Positions 10,478 through 21,572 of a stretch of 64,000 nucleotides of DNA are shown here, one piece after another. Source of the DNA: Asterionella formosa (taxonomy: Eukaryota); contig NKIB01012576.1 in the NCBI GenBank assembly GCA_002256025.1, positions 1 to 64,000 on the forward strand, given 5' to 3'. The position numbers were made by a program, and so were the translations under genes. The notes under the pieces are model-generated. The model saw only the letters and a list, made by a program, of their open reading frames with translations. It made no database searches and had not been told where the DNA came from. The first letter of the stretch is position 1, and each line of letters opens with the position of its first letter.

Positions 10478-12481
10478 CTAGAGGTCAACAGTATCGCGAG
10501 TAGCATACACTCTCGTGGCATTCGACGGAAACCGAGTTGGTGAACCAGGGGGTTTGCCGACTGGAATAAAGGATGGTCCGCCCTGTCTCCTTAGCTCGCA
10601 AGTCTCACAAAGTGCGCTTGTACATGTGTGGACATTCGTCGCACTGCGGTACACTCCCAGTGAGGAGGATCCATGCAGTCCAGCGACCGGGTGACAGCGA
10701 GGTTTATGTTCCTTCTCAAGAACAGATAAGTCATTCACTATAGATTGAGTTTCAAAACCTTCATGAGGATGGAAGCCAGACCAGCCCGACATGACAGAGT
10801 CATCTTCACCAATTACACGGACATTTCTTGTTTTGACATGGCCCGGACCTTCCGTAGAGTCATGTGTGGACACCGCATCCAGATCAAAGGACTCGTCGTC
10901 ATCATGGCTCGTGTACTTGAGCCCTCCTCTAGATTCTGATGGATCGCTGTTCTTTCGATGGCGCACCAAGAGTAAGAGGACAACTATGAGTCCCACTCCT
11001 GCTATGGCTACAATTGCCGTCGCGCCCCCTGAAATTCCACCAGTAGTGGCAGTGGACCCACCACCAGTGGCACCCGAGGCGCCCGAATCATTATCTGCAG
11101 TGACTGTTACGGCTGTCATATTCACAAATCCAGGAATACCAGCAAACGTGCCGTCCGCATTAGCTTTATCAATGAGTGCCACGAGGCGAGATTCAAAGCT
11201 ACTTGTGTCGTCACCAATGTAGTAGATATCTGTGGGAATGAGAGTTGGATAACATGTGCTGTTGGCGCTCTCAGTATTGCAGGGCGAGGCTGTAAGATGA
11301 AAAGCGTATGAGGGACGCGTAATGAACAAAAAATTAAAAGCATTTTTTCGCCTGTGCCACTTACCAGTTGAATCGCTTTCGGGAGTGAAAAACAACTGAT
11401 TTATTATATATGTCATAGTGTCCACCAACATTCTCCGTGAAGGACACCCTGCCATTTCAGGGGCTACTTGTTCTTGTAAGATTTGACGAACACCTTCGGT
11501 GACATTCGAAAACGAAGCGCTTTTGTCAACCACCAGTGCAAATTTAACCTCATAGTTTACAATGTTGCCATCCTGGGTAGCATTCCCGGAGGCAATCGCC
11601 AAACAGTCAATGCCAGCTTCATTCGATAACGAACTGGGACTAATCGATGAGCTGAGAGGAACCGATGGAGTCATGGCGAGCAGGGACGAAGGAGCGAGCG
11701 ATGGATACACTGAAACTGTCGGAGCTGGTACTCTCGTGGTAGGTGCTAGGAACATACTTGGTGGTGGGGTTACAACTGGACTGACTGTTACTGACGGCAT
11801 CGGGATAGGAGGTGGAGTTACAGCTGGACTGACTGTTACTGACGGTATCGGGATAGGTGGTGGAGTTACAACTGGAGAGGCTGTTACTACCGGCATCATA
11901 ATGGGTGCCGAAACCGGAGGAGGTGTTACTGCCGGTATAACAAACGGTTGAGGCGTTGGAACTGGAGGTTTGGCTTCCACTGGTGAGGGCGTTGCAAAGC
12001 CAACTGGAGGGCGGATCGGCACTGGCGGTTGCATGCTGGGTTGAGACCCTCCGGGCCCAACTGGAGGGCGGATCAGCACTGGTGGTTGCATGCTGGGTTG
12101 AGACCCTCCGGGCCCAACTGGAGGGCGGATCAGCACTGGTGGTTGCATGCTGGGTTGAGACCCTCCGGGCCCAACTGGAGGGCGGATCGGCACTGGTGGT
12201 GGCATACTGGGTTGAGACCCTCCGGGCCCAACTGGTGGATAGAATGGGACTGGAGGTTTGTTAGAGTTGGGCATAGGTGAGGACTTCGGGCTTTTGCCAG
12301 TACCTGTATTAGAGTAACCTGCAGCAGCCGGAAGATGAATAGTATCTTCCAATCGTCGGTTCGACAGCCATGATTCCCTCACTCCACGCTCAGTATTAGC
12401 CGACGCTACCAGAGTCGCCATTGTCAGAATCAAGACGATGATCCCTATGCCTGAAATTGAAGGTGCCTTTGTAGTCATCAT
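10478..12481 (-). CDS. Pro-rich type I membrane/cell-surface protein with RxL motifs; probable 75-nt in-frame intron at 11290-11364
   Basis: N-terminal hydrophobic signal, RRL and RRML motifs, Pro/Thr repeats, a Cys-bounded globular region, TM segment AIVAIAGVGLIVVLLLLV followed by RHRK, and a cytoplasmic HxCxSxxCxxC motif. The intron reads GTAAGT...TTACAG. Confidence 0.8.
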   Translation of the reverse strand: MMTTKAPSISGIGIIVLILTMATLVASANTERGVRESWLSNRRLEDTIHLPAAAGYSNTGTGKSPKSSPMPNSNKPPVPFYPPVGPGGSQPSMPPPVPIRPPVGPGGSQPSMQPPVLIRPPVGPGGSQPSMQPPVLIRPPVGPGGSQPSMQPPVPIRPPVGFATPSPVEAKPPVPTPQPFVIPAVTPPPVSAPIMMPVVTASPVVTPPPIPIPSVTVSPAVTPPPIPMPSVTVSPVVTPPPSMFLAPTTRVPAPTVSVYPSLAPSSLLAMTPSVPLSSSISPSSLSNEAGIDCLAIASGNATQDGNIVNYEVKFALVVDKSASFSNVTEGVRQILQEQVAPEMAGCPSRRMLVDTMTYIINQLFFTPESDSTGKWHRRKNAFNFLFITRPSYAFHLTASPCNTESANSTCYPTLIPTDIYYIGDDTSSFESRLVALIDKANADGTFAGIPGFVNMTAVTVTADNDSGASGATGGGSTATTGGISGGATAIVAIAGVGLIVVLLLLVRHRKNSDPSESRGGLKYTSHDDDESFDLDAVSTHDSTEGPGHVKTRNVRVIGEDDSVMSGWSGFHPHEGFETQSIVNDLSVLEKEHKPRCHPVAGLHGSSSLGVYRSATNVHTCTSALCETCELRRQGGPSFIPVGKPPGSPTRFPSNATRVYATRDTVDL
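12000..12237. repeat. Coding minisatellite, 57-nt unit x about 4.2 (PPVGPGGSQPSMQPPVLIR)
   Basis: Near-identical head-to-tail units start at 12000, 12057, 12114, 12171 and 12228. A 39-nt repeat (VTVSPxVTPPPIP) lies at about 11760-11880. Confidence 0.95.
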
Positions 12482-13326
12482 TGTCCTGTATACTGTAGTC
12501 TTTCTGAAGAACGATCAATCTTGACACTAACACTGGCAGCAATGGCTCTGTATGCACAATGTTGAATGTGAATATCGAACTTTCTTGCGGGGTTGTTTAA
12601 TTCGAATAAATTGTAAGTGAGCGCACCAATGCTTCGCGTTTGTAGTTACAAAACAGAAACGTTGCGAGGCACGCTTGCAGGGAAATGAATTTCGTCTCGT
12701 CTCGCGTCTCCGTTGTTGAAATCACTTTGCTTGGTTGGCTCATTACTGACGAACTTGCTGCCGATTTTGGGCACCTTTTGGCGTTTACTGCACGAGGCAT
12801 TGTGTATGCTTTGCTAACTCTGATGAATTTTCCCACCGAAACAAATGCCGGCTGGCGTATTGAGGATGAAATATCGCTTCAAATGAAAACTCGAGCGAGG
12901 CGGCCAACGTATCCTTCATCCATACATCGGCATGAGGAACATTTAATTATATTCGATTACGAATTTCAAATACTGAAATCAAATCAGAGCTGATTTGAAT
13001 TTTTATTATTCCCGCCATAAATAACATATTATTGTTATGTATAATAAACGAATGCGATTAATGTTATATATAAATGAGACAACCAAAAATACAATTCTCG
13101 TTTTGCAAACGTTTACTAATGTGGGCAGATGCATATTGGCCACGCGCTCACGAGTTTCGTCCATCCTACGGCACATCCGTAGAAGGTATTGCACATACAG
13201 GACGCGCGCGACTTTCAATAGCCTCCTGGTAACCTAGTACCGGCACGTACTCCAACTTGTAACAGGTACTCTGAGTACTCCGGGCATGTGATTCAATTCA
13301 CAAACGCCCATCCATACAAAGCAGCC

Positions 13327-13698
13327 CTACAACAAAATCAAAATCACCATTGCCAACCCTCCCAACGCCGTAGTGCCAATCAAAAAACGTCCACCACTAG
13401 ATGTAAAACTCTTGGCAGCCACTGGAGCATGCGACGAAATGGGTGCCATGCCATTTGCAGAAATGGGACTACCAGTCACAGAATCAGATGGTAGGAAGGT
13501 TGCAGTAGAATCGTCTCCAACTGGTGCAGCCGAGACATTTGGAACAGAACTCATGGCGACGGGAGCTGGAGTTGCGACGGGAGAGGAGGATGCTACAACA
13601 GGTGCTGCAGGGAAAGCGAATGTAGGGGTCGACACTGGAGGGATCTGAGCAAGGGAGGCATTCGCCAAGATTGCAATGAAAAGGAAAATAGAACGCAT
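13327..13698 (-). CDS. Small secreted Ser/Pro/Ala/Thr-rich protein, GPI-anchor-like
   Basis: Signal peptide MRSIFLFIAILANASLA, a low-complexity core, a small-residue omega-like TSSGG and a hydrophobic C-terminal tail LGGLAMVILILL. Confidence 0.75.
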   Translation of the reverse strand: MRSIFLFIAILANASLAQIPPVSTPTFAFPAAPVVASSSPVATPAPVAMSSVPNVSAAPVGDDSTATFLPSDSVTGSPISANGMAPISSHAPVAAKSFTSSGGRFLIGTTALGGLAMVILILL

Positions 13699-14485
13699 CG
13701 TTACTGAATTGGATGAAACGTTGAGCTTTTGCAGATTTATGAGAAGTAGTCCAGTTTCCCACTTCCTATATTAATTGGTCTATCGCTTTCCATGTCCAGT
13801 CTAGAGTTGGTCCTAGTTCTATTCCTGTCAAGTTCGTCCCGCCAGAAAATTCTCTTATATTCTTACCAAAATCTGTCTCTCTGAATTTGCACCAGAATAC
13901 TCTGGGTTTTCTGTTTTACCCCTGCATTTACAGGGACCATGGAGTTTGTGGTATCTTTTCCAATGCGTACAATATCAGACGGAATACACCAGTCACGTCA
14001 CTAAGTATGTCCTGGGCGGAGATCGCAGATGCTTGTTTCGTCAAGAATTTTGAGTCGTGTCGTACTCAGTGTCAGGTGTAGATTAATCATAGCTTAGCCC
14101 TGCTCTAAATTGCCACCTGATATGCCTTGACTCTCTGAGCTCCCTTTAGACTATGAGTGCTATCGAACGGAGAGGAGTGAGGGAGTTGAGATCTGCGCTT
14201 TGCCGTTGTTGCTGGATTATTTACAATCGATTCGGATTACAGTGTAGAATTTCACAGTAACCGTTGACCCAGTTCCGGATTACAGTTGAAACGACCCAAT
14301 ATGACTGCCTATGGCGTATGAAGCAATGACAAAATGGGACTCCTCGCACGCTAGAAATTGAGTTAAAAGTGAATTAAACTTGTCGGATTTATACTTGACT
14401 ATATATGTGCACACATATACTTCTAGACTTCTAGTAGACACACAAATATAGATACTTAAAAAAGTAACTAATAGACGTTGAACCT

Positions 14486-15895
14486 CTACATCGATCCCTC
14501 TTGAAAACTTCGCGTTGGAAAAACAGTTTGGTCTGAACGCACCACCCACCGTAGTTTGCAGCAAGAGCTTCGTGGATTGTCTCTCCGTTCCTCTGAAGTT
14601 GGCCGCACCACATCGCGACTCCAACTTGAATAAATACCATTTTTAAACCCTGTCTTGAATGCACTTTTGACCCGCCGATCTTCTCCGCTGTGAAAGGTCA
14701 AAATTACGGCACGGCCACCGGCAGTTAACAAGTGAGGCAAATCGTCCAACAGCGCCTCGAGTGACTCGAATTCCGAATTTACTTCAATACGAATCGCTTG
14801 CATTACTCGAGCAACGGTGGAGTCCAACTCTTTTTTAACTTTTGCCGAATCACGCCGCGGTGGGTCGTCATCACTTTGTTTCTTTGGAGGAGGTGGTGCT
14901 ATCAGTGGTCGGACTGCATCTCGGACAACATTCGCCAATTCCAGGGTAGTGGATGGAATCTTTGTAGTCGACATGTTCTTCTTTTTTGACGAGATTCCCA
15001 GCACAGCTTGAGCGATAATTGCAGCGTGTTGTTCATCACTATTCTCTTCTAGCATTTTAGTGAATTGCTTGACGGTGAGGCGCGAAAGTAGATCATAGGC
15101 ACTCTCGGTGGTACTATTGCAATAATTTCCTGACATTCGCATGTCCAGAGGCCCCTCTCTTTTGTAGGTGAATCCCCGTGCGGCATCGTCAATTTGCATG
15201 GAGCTGAGACCTAAATCAGCCAAGAGTGCCGTTACTTTCCCACTGCCACCGCCATTTGACTCGAGGTACGACCGCACCTCCCGAAAATTGCGATTTACAG
15301 TTGTGACCGGGTTGGCTTCAGGCGGTTCTTCGCGTTCATGAACCATCTGGTTCAAGCGTTCTGTTGCCTTTGCTATCTCAATGGGATCTTTGTCAAAGCA
15401 TATCATTTTGCTGTCCTTGTTTCCGTCATCCAACAGTTGCCTCAACACTTGAGAAGAGTGACCGCCGTAACCTAGGGTGCAATCAACAAAGAACGTAGGT
15501 CCATCACGATGAGTATCAAGTATGCCCAAATGGTGCAGGCATTCGTTCAATAGAATAGGAACGTGCCGTCCAGCCGGTGTCATGCCTTTGCTCAACACTT
15601 TTTGTACAGTTTCTTCATCCCCAGCCAACTCCTTGTATTTGTCACCGAAATTGCGTGGGTATTTCCCGTTGTAACGAATTCGTCGCTGCGATGGGGCCTC
15701 GTTGGCTGTGATAGGTGCGTCATGTACAATGTCGGAGTACGGATCATCAAATATATTATCCAACGGTGATTTTATGGCACACAAACGACCAACAAACTGC
15801 TCATGGCGACGATTGTTGTTCCTTACAACAACGAAAGGTCCCAGAACTGGCAGCGACACGGTCGATGGATGTGCGATGAAAGCTTGCACTATCAT
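14486..15895 (-). CDS. rsmH: RsmH/MraW-family SSU rRNA m4C methyltransferase (organellar)
   Basis: Motifs HVPILLNE, VDCTLGYGGHS, DLGLSSMQIDDAARGF, GPLDMRM, QAIRIEVNSE, LTFHSGEDRRVK and NPRSSCCKLR. The N-terminal extension suggests organelle targeting; the true start is uncertain. Confidence 0.92.
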   Translation of the reverse strand: MIVQAFIAHPSTVSLPVLGPFVVVRNNNRRHEQFVGRLCAIKSPLDNIFDDPYSDIVHDAPITANEAPSQRRIRYNGKYPRNFGDKYKELAGDEETVQKVLSKGMTPAGRHVPILLNECLHHLGILDTHRDGPTFFVDCTLGYGGHSSQVLRQLLDDGNKDSKMICFDKDPIEIAKATERLNQMVHEREEPPEANPVTTVNRNFREVRSYLESNGGGSGKVTALLADLGLSSMQIDDAARGFTYKREGPLDMRMSGNYCNSTTESAYDLLSRLTVKQFTKMLEENSDEQHAAIIAQAVLGISSKKKNMSTTKIPSTTLELANVVRDAVRPLIAPPPPKKQSDDDPPRRDSAKVKKELDSTVARVMQAIRIEVNSEFESLEALLDDLPHLLTAGGRAVILTFHSGEDRRVKSAFKTGFKNGIYSSWSRDVVRPTSEERRDNPRSSCCKLRWVVRSDQTVFPTRSFQEGSM

Positions 15896-16854
15896 GGTAA
15901 GATACGAAGAGGAGCAATGACGATGTGGGCTCAGTTGGTCGTCTAAGTGATTAACATTCCTTCATATGAGCATGTCATGTCAATGTTACAGCAGCCGGTA
16001 TGCCAACTTCCATTCAGAAATTATGATTAGGAGCATGTTGTGTGTGGTGGTAACACTTCGCGCTTCGTGAAGTCTGCAGAAACGCACATTTAGGTATGCA
16101 GTACACCGTAGGAGTACCCGTAGACTACTGGTACTAGTTGTCTAATCATCCATTCTCCTTTTTTGCTTTGATTGACGGGCGGTACCAGTTGCTTTTCATG
16201 GCTGGCTGGACAGGCTGGATGATGCTGATAATTCTTGTGGTGACTGTCCGCGCGAAATTTGCATGATATATCTTTCAACACCACATGATCACCATCATGC
16301 AACAGGCAGATAATCATGAACAAATGCAGCCATGCATTGCATTGAACATTGCATGCCTACATAAGTTCATGGTGACTGAGATCCTCCTTTATCATCATGC
16401 CGTGATCATCCAACCATTGCATGGATATACATCGATGACATCATTGTGGTATGCATTTAGGGTATATTAGTCTACTGGTGGTACCAGGTAGTCTACATGA
16501 TCACCTAGGTCTACACCACAAGTTACTACATAGACCCTGGACACCTCATAAAGTACACTTTCAACAAGCAGAAGGAATCATTTTGCATGGGATAACCATC
16601 ATGAGAGTACCTGTATGCATGAGAATGTAGTTCCAAGAGTATGGTATACTGGTAAATATAGTTCCAAGATCATCTCCAATTCTTCATGTTTCCAATTGAT
16701 TGAATTGAATTACTGGTGATTGATTTGAGATGTTCGAACAGTGATGCATCGAGTTCCTGGCATGTTACCTAGAATATGCATAAATTCAACCTCTCAATAT
16801 CAAGCAAAATACTCTTGTATGTGAAAGGCCTGACTATACTCTCTATCTATCTGT

Positions 16855-17664
16855 CTAGTTCAGCCAGAGTTTTCCGGCAGCGGCTTCACCAGCCTTCAGC
16901 TTTTTCCATGCCTCGTTGGTCTCCGCGATCACTTCTTTGGCAGTGGCAGCATTAAGGTACTTCTCGTCAAATCCAAATCCATTCAGAGGCTTGTCATCAG
17001 GGGTCTTGTACCAACGGAACCATTCTCTGACGCCATCTTTGATAGCAGCAGGGACATCATCAATATCGTTGTATTCCGAAAACAGAGGATCATCCTTGGA
17101 AATAGCAAGAAGCTTCCAGTCAAGCTCACCATCATCAATCATGGCCAAGACACCAAGGACCTTCACTTCAGTGACCGATCCCATGGCGAGAGCAGCCGAT
17201 CCAATTTCGACAACATCAATAGGATCATTGTCACCAAAGCACTTGAGTTCAGGGTGCTCAACATTAGGGTCCTCCCATGTCTGAGGAAGACAACCATAGT
17301 TCCAAAAGATAGGACCATGGTAGTCTCGGAGCTTTCCCTTCTTCTCATCCTGAGCGATGGGGTTGTTGGCCTCCTTGGTAGCAACTTCCATCTTTGGCTT
17401 GGTCATCTTAGGGATCTCGACAACCATATTGTACAAGCCATTAGAAGCCGCAAGGGGAATGTCATGCCAAGGTGAAATGTTACCAGCTTCTCCTTTGAAG
17501 AAGAGACGGAACGACTCGGTGGCAACTTCTCCTTTTTGCTCGGTCGAGACACCAAAGAGAGCAGCAGCAGCGAAGGATCTAGCGCGACCGAACGATGCAG
17601 GTGCCCAAGCGGAAATAGCCGGAGTAGAAAGAGCTAAGAGCGTCAAGGGAGTCGAGAGCTTCAT
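16855..17664 (-). CDS. ppa: Soluble inorganic pyrophosphatase (family I), plastid-targeted
   Basis: Motifs ISPWHDIPL, NYGCLPQTWEDP, GDNDPIDVVEIG, IDDGELDWK and WFRWYK. The start at 17664 gives the signal MKLSTPLTLLALSTPAISA followed by WAP (ASAFAP variant). Confidence 0.93.
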   Translation of the reverse strand: MKLSTPLTLLALSTPAISAWAPASFGRARSFAAAALFGVSTEQKGEVATESFRLFFKGEAGNISPWHDIPLAASNGLYNMVVEIPKMTKPKMEVATKEANNPIAQDEKKGKLRDYHGPIFWNYGCLPQTWEDPNVEHPELKCFGDNDPIDVVEIGSAALAMGSVTEVKVLGVLAMIDDGELDWKLLAISKDDPLFSEYNDIDDVPAAIKDGVREWFRWYKTPDDKPLNGFGFDEKYLNAATAKEVIAETNEAWKKLKAGEAAAGKLWLN

Positions 17665-18413
17665 GTTGTGTCTTGTTATTGGGGTTGACGAGGATCGAAA
17701 CGACGATTGTAAGAGTCGTCGGCTTGTAGCGCGCATCGGTTGATGCCCTGCCTTTTTCAAAAGTAGGATATCACCATTTATTACGTGGCTGCAAAAGGGC
17801 AACCAAGTGCGTTGCGATCCCTTCAACTTCGACCTGGTCACCGTGTCTGTCTTGCCTTTTGCCGTACATGCTGGATACAGGATGATGGGTGCCTGGCTGC
17901 TGGGGTCCACAAAAAAGATATAACAGCACCGGTAGTACGGTACACCAAGTAGTCTGCTTGACTAGCACAGAGTGCTTACCGGTACCTGGTACCGGTACTA
18001 CTACTGGTAGGTACCAGGTACCAGGAACGGTACCGGTAGGCAGACTTAAAAAATTATGCTGTGCGTCTGGAAAGACTTAAGCTGACGTCATCAGTAGGGA
18101 TCCGTTCAGCCTAAGGGCCGTTCCTATCATTATTTTTCGTGTATTACGGAATTTGAATTTTTTTGAAAATGTATCAGCAACAGTTACTCGATTTGAACTG
18201 AATTTCATTCATTCCAAAAGTGTCACTGTATCACTAATTTGTGATCACATTGTATCATGGAGTAACATTGATCTTCAACAACGGCAACTGGCTGGCGACG
18301 ATCATGTGTATACCCCTCCAGAATATAATGATGGTCTTGATATCAAGCAGCAACATAATATATATTTACCGGTAAACTATATATTGTATTAGTAACACAC
18401 CATTGCATGAATC

Positions 18414-19739
18414 ATGCTGTCGCCATTTGATTTACTTGATGATAATGATGATGACAGCAGTGATCTTGATTTCTTCTTCCTCTGTCATTTAGCTAAGAAA
18501 GCAAGCAGAGGAAAAAGAACACTCATCCAAACGACAAAGGCGACGCTGTAAACGGCAGCTTCAGTCATCCGAACGATGACGACAACGAAGGCACAAGTGG
18601 CACCACGAAAGAATCTCCTGGTAATCACATGTCAAGAAACTCAATCACGAGATTGCTTTCGAGAAGACATACAGAATGTCACACAGAGCATTCAAAAAAC
18701 TCACCTCCATGCTGGAAATTCAGATTGCAGGGAATTATTCCAAATGTGGCACTTCTGAGCCCATAATTCCCGAAATTGTGGTAGCCATTGGTTTGCGATG
18801 GCTGGCTGGTGGCAGTTACATCGACATTCGTCATGCCTACGGTTGTAGCGTTGCTTCACTTTATCGATGTCGTGATTTGTTCATCGATGCTGTACTAAAC
18901 TGTGAAGAACTCGAAATTATTTTTCCAAAAGAAAAAGAAGAATTTATCAAATTGGCTTCCAGCTTTGAATGCAAAAGCTCAGAGGGCATGATGAGAGGAT
19001 GTGTTGGTGCTATTGACAGCTTCCTAGCCACCATCAACCGCCCGACTATAGTTGAAAGTGGCAACAACCCTGGTTCATTTTTTTCCGGTCACTACATGAC
19101 TTATGGAATCAACGTCCAGGCTGTTTGTGATGCTGACTCAAGATTTATTTATTTTGGTGTGATTGCACCGGGAAAATGCAGTGACCAAGTAGCTTTTGAA
19201 CGAACTTCCATTTTCGATCGAGTTGCAGCATTCTACACAGGTTTTTTTCTGGTCGGCGATGCAGCTTACACATTGTCTGATGTTATGCTTGTTCCCTTTG
19301 TTGGCTCACAACGTGATGATCCAACACAGGATACATTTAACTTTTCCTTTCACCACAGCTGAGGATAAGAATAGAAATGGCATTTGGTCTTCTTCAGATA
19401 AAATGGTGTGTTCTGAAAAAAAACCTGTCGACAAGCTTGAAAACATCTGCACGCATTCTTGATTCATGTGCTCGACTTCATAAATATGTGATTAATGAGA
19501 AGATAATTGATAACGAGATTATGGATGATAATCAAATACTTACAGAGATAATTCCAGTCAGTTTGTCACCCCTTGGTTGGGGCTACTTGCCAACTGTGGA
19601 ACCATTGTGTATATTGCCTGGAAGCTCTGTGATGCGAGATGTGGTGATTCTTACCAGATTGCAAACCTTGGGCTTGCAACGACCTCCTGTGAATATAGAG
19701 AGGAGAAGGAAAGAATTACATGAAATAAATTTAATGTAG
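18414..19739 (+). pseudogene. Harbinger DDE transposase (DDE_Tnp_4-like), disrupted
   Basis: Motifs GCVGAIDS, NVQAVCDA, GDAAY and (frameshifted) LRIRIEMAFG. Premature TAA near 18620 and a frameshift near 19345. Confidence 0.88.
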
Positions 19740-19769
19740 ACAAATATATATTTTATTCATTAGTTGGAT

Positions 19770-21572
19770 TTAATCTGATGTTTCACCTTCTGAAAGCAGA
19801 TGAAAATAGTGATCCCGCTTTCTCTTGCATATCTTAATTTCTAGTCGAGCCTGAACTACATCAGAATTATTGGAGTCATACCCATGATTCTCCAACTCTT
19901 CCAAATCCTTCCGAGCATTCTTGAGACGACTTTTATAGAGATCCAGAACATCTAGGATTTCTTTCTCGCGTCTTGGTGCTGCTGACGACTGAAGCACTTG
20001 AAGTTTCACTGCATTTACTCCTCGTTCAAAACACTCTAATGCATTTGCCATTTGTACCATAAAAGAGGAATGATGGGACAAATTGGATGAAGTAGATGAA
20101 AATTTTCCTTTCTTCGAGCCAACAGTCTTTGATGATAAGGATGAAGATTTGGCACTATCAGTACTTTCACGGAATGATGATTTTGGAAGCAATGGAACAG
20201 CGAAATTGAGAAGGTGAGGAACTTGGCACAACCATAAATGGTAGTAATATATATAAGGTCGGCTTCCAACAAAATTAACAAAGTCGTCATGACTTCCTGA
20301 CTTTTTGTTGTTCCTGTATGCAATTTGGTAATGATAGTTAATGTACCCCATTGCCGTAGAAAATTCGACAGAGGACAGAGTATCATACGTCTTTGGGTAA
20401 CAACTGTCTATTCCCATTTGTTCCCAATAAGGATCTTGTGAAAATGCAAGATTATTGCTGTCATCATCTTCATCATCAAGGAATGTAGTTATGAGTCTAT
20501 CGAAAATGATTTGTGCCTGAATTTCCTTGTATCCAGTTCAGCCATAGTTGGAGGCTGACCAAGCATCAACACATCACTTCTGTGTTGCTCACACATGTAC
20601 ACATTAATGACACGAAAATATGTGTTAGCACATGTAACACTGCTTGGAGGAGTTGATTTTGCTACTGTAGCCTTTTTCTTTTTTGTTGCCTTCTTTGCAA
20701 CAGGAGGAGGAAGAGGTAATGACTTGTCATCGTCATCACTGCTATTTTGCGAATTAAGAACATAGTCAGGGTAGTTGTCTGCTTCATCTGGCTTCCCTTT
20801 CTGTGAACAATCAGAGTCCATATCAACATTGCCACAACTCTTTTCTTCATTTTTAATAATAGATTCATCATTGTTCCTGTTGTTGTTGTGGATGCCAATC
20901 ACTTCATTATAAGTGATCATAGTAGAGGGGGGGTATAGTTGACCAACCAGCCAGTAGTCTCTTTTCAGTAAACGGACAATTAGAGAATTAAGGAAATAGT
21001 GGAGTCCTTCTTGCCATTCCTGTACCCTGACACTTTAAATCTCACGAAAATTTTTCGAAGTACCTTGACAGATATATGTTTTATATCAATTCCTTTTATA
21101 TGAATCAATCCCAGCCCACTTTCATCCAGAATAAAGTCATCTGGTACTATGAGCAAGTTGACGAACTCATCAATATTGGCTAGACAACCGGGAAGGGTTT
21201 CCTCTTTTCAGGGGGACCTATCTCGTTAATGTCAAGAAGTGTACCAGCAGTTGCAGGTACACTATTTTCGGATGGATCCATTTTGTCAATGTCGAGTGTA
21301 CCAGCAGTTTGAGGTATTTTCATTTCAGGTGGAGTACCCATCTCGTCAACGTCGAGTGTGTCAGCAGTTGGAGGTATTTTCATTTCAGGTGGAGGACCCA
21401 TCTCATCAATGTCGGTTGGACCAGCAGTAGATGACTCGGTTGGATCAGCAGTAGACAACTCAACAATATCTTCGACTTCCTCATCAGCTACAACGCATTG
21501 ATTCTCTTCCGAATCAATGCCAATAGAGGCAGCATCAGAAGTTTCAGCCGTACCCACTACTTTGCTGCTCAT
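19770..21572 (-). pseudogene. Harbinger accessory (DNA-binding partner) gene, fragmented
   Basis: ORF pieces 21572-21180, 20920-20489 and 20417-19770 lie inside the TIRs, convergent on the transposase. Includes YFRVINV...TMAELD and 60-nt tandem repeats at about 21240-21420. Confidence 0.65.

Noticed and set aside
12000..12237. CRISPR-like array
   Set aside because: The units are contiguous with no unique spacers and lie in frame within a eukaryotic CDS; no cas genes are present.
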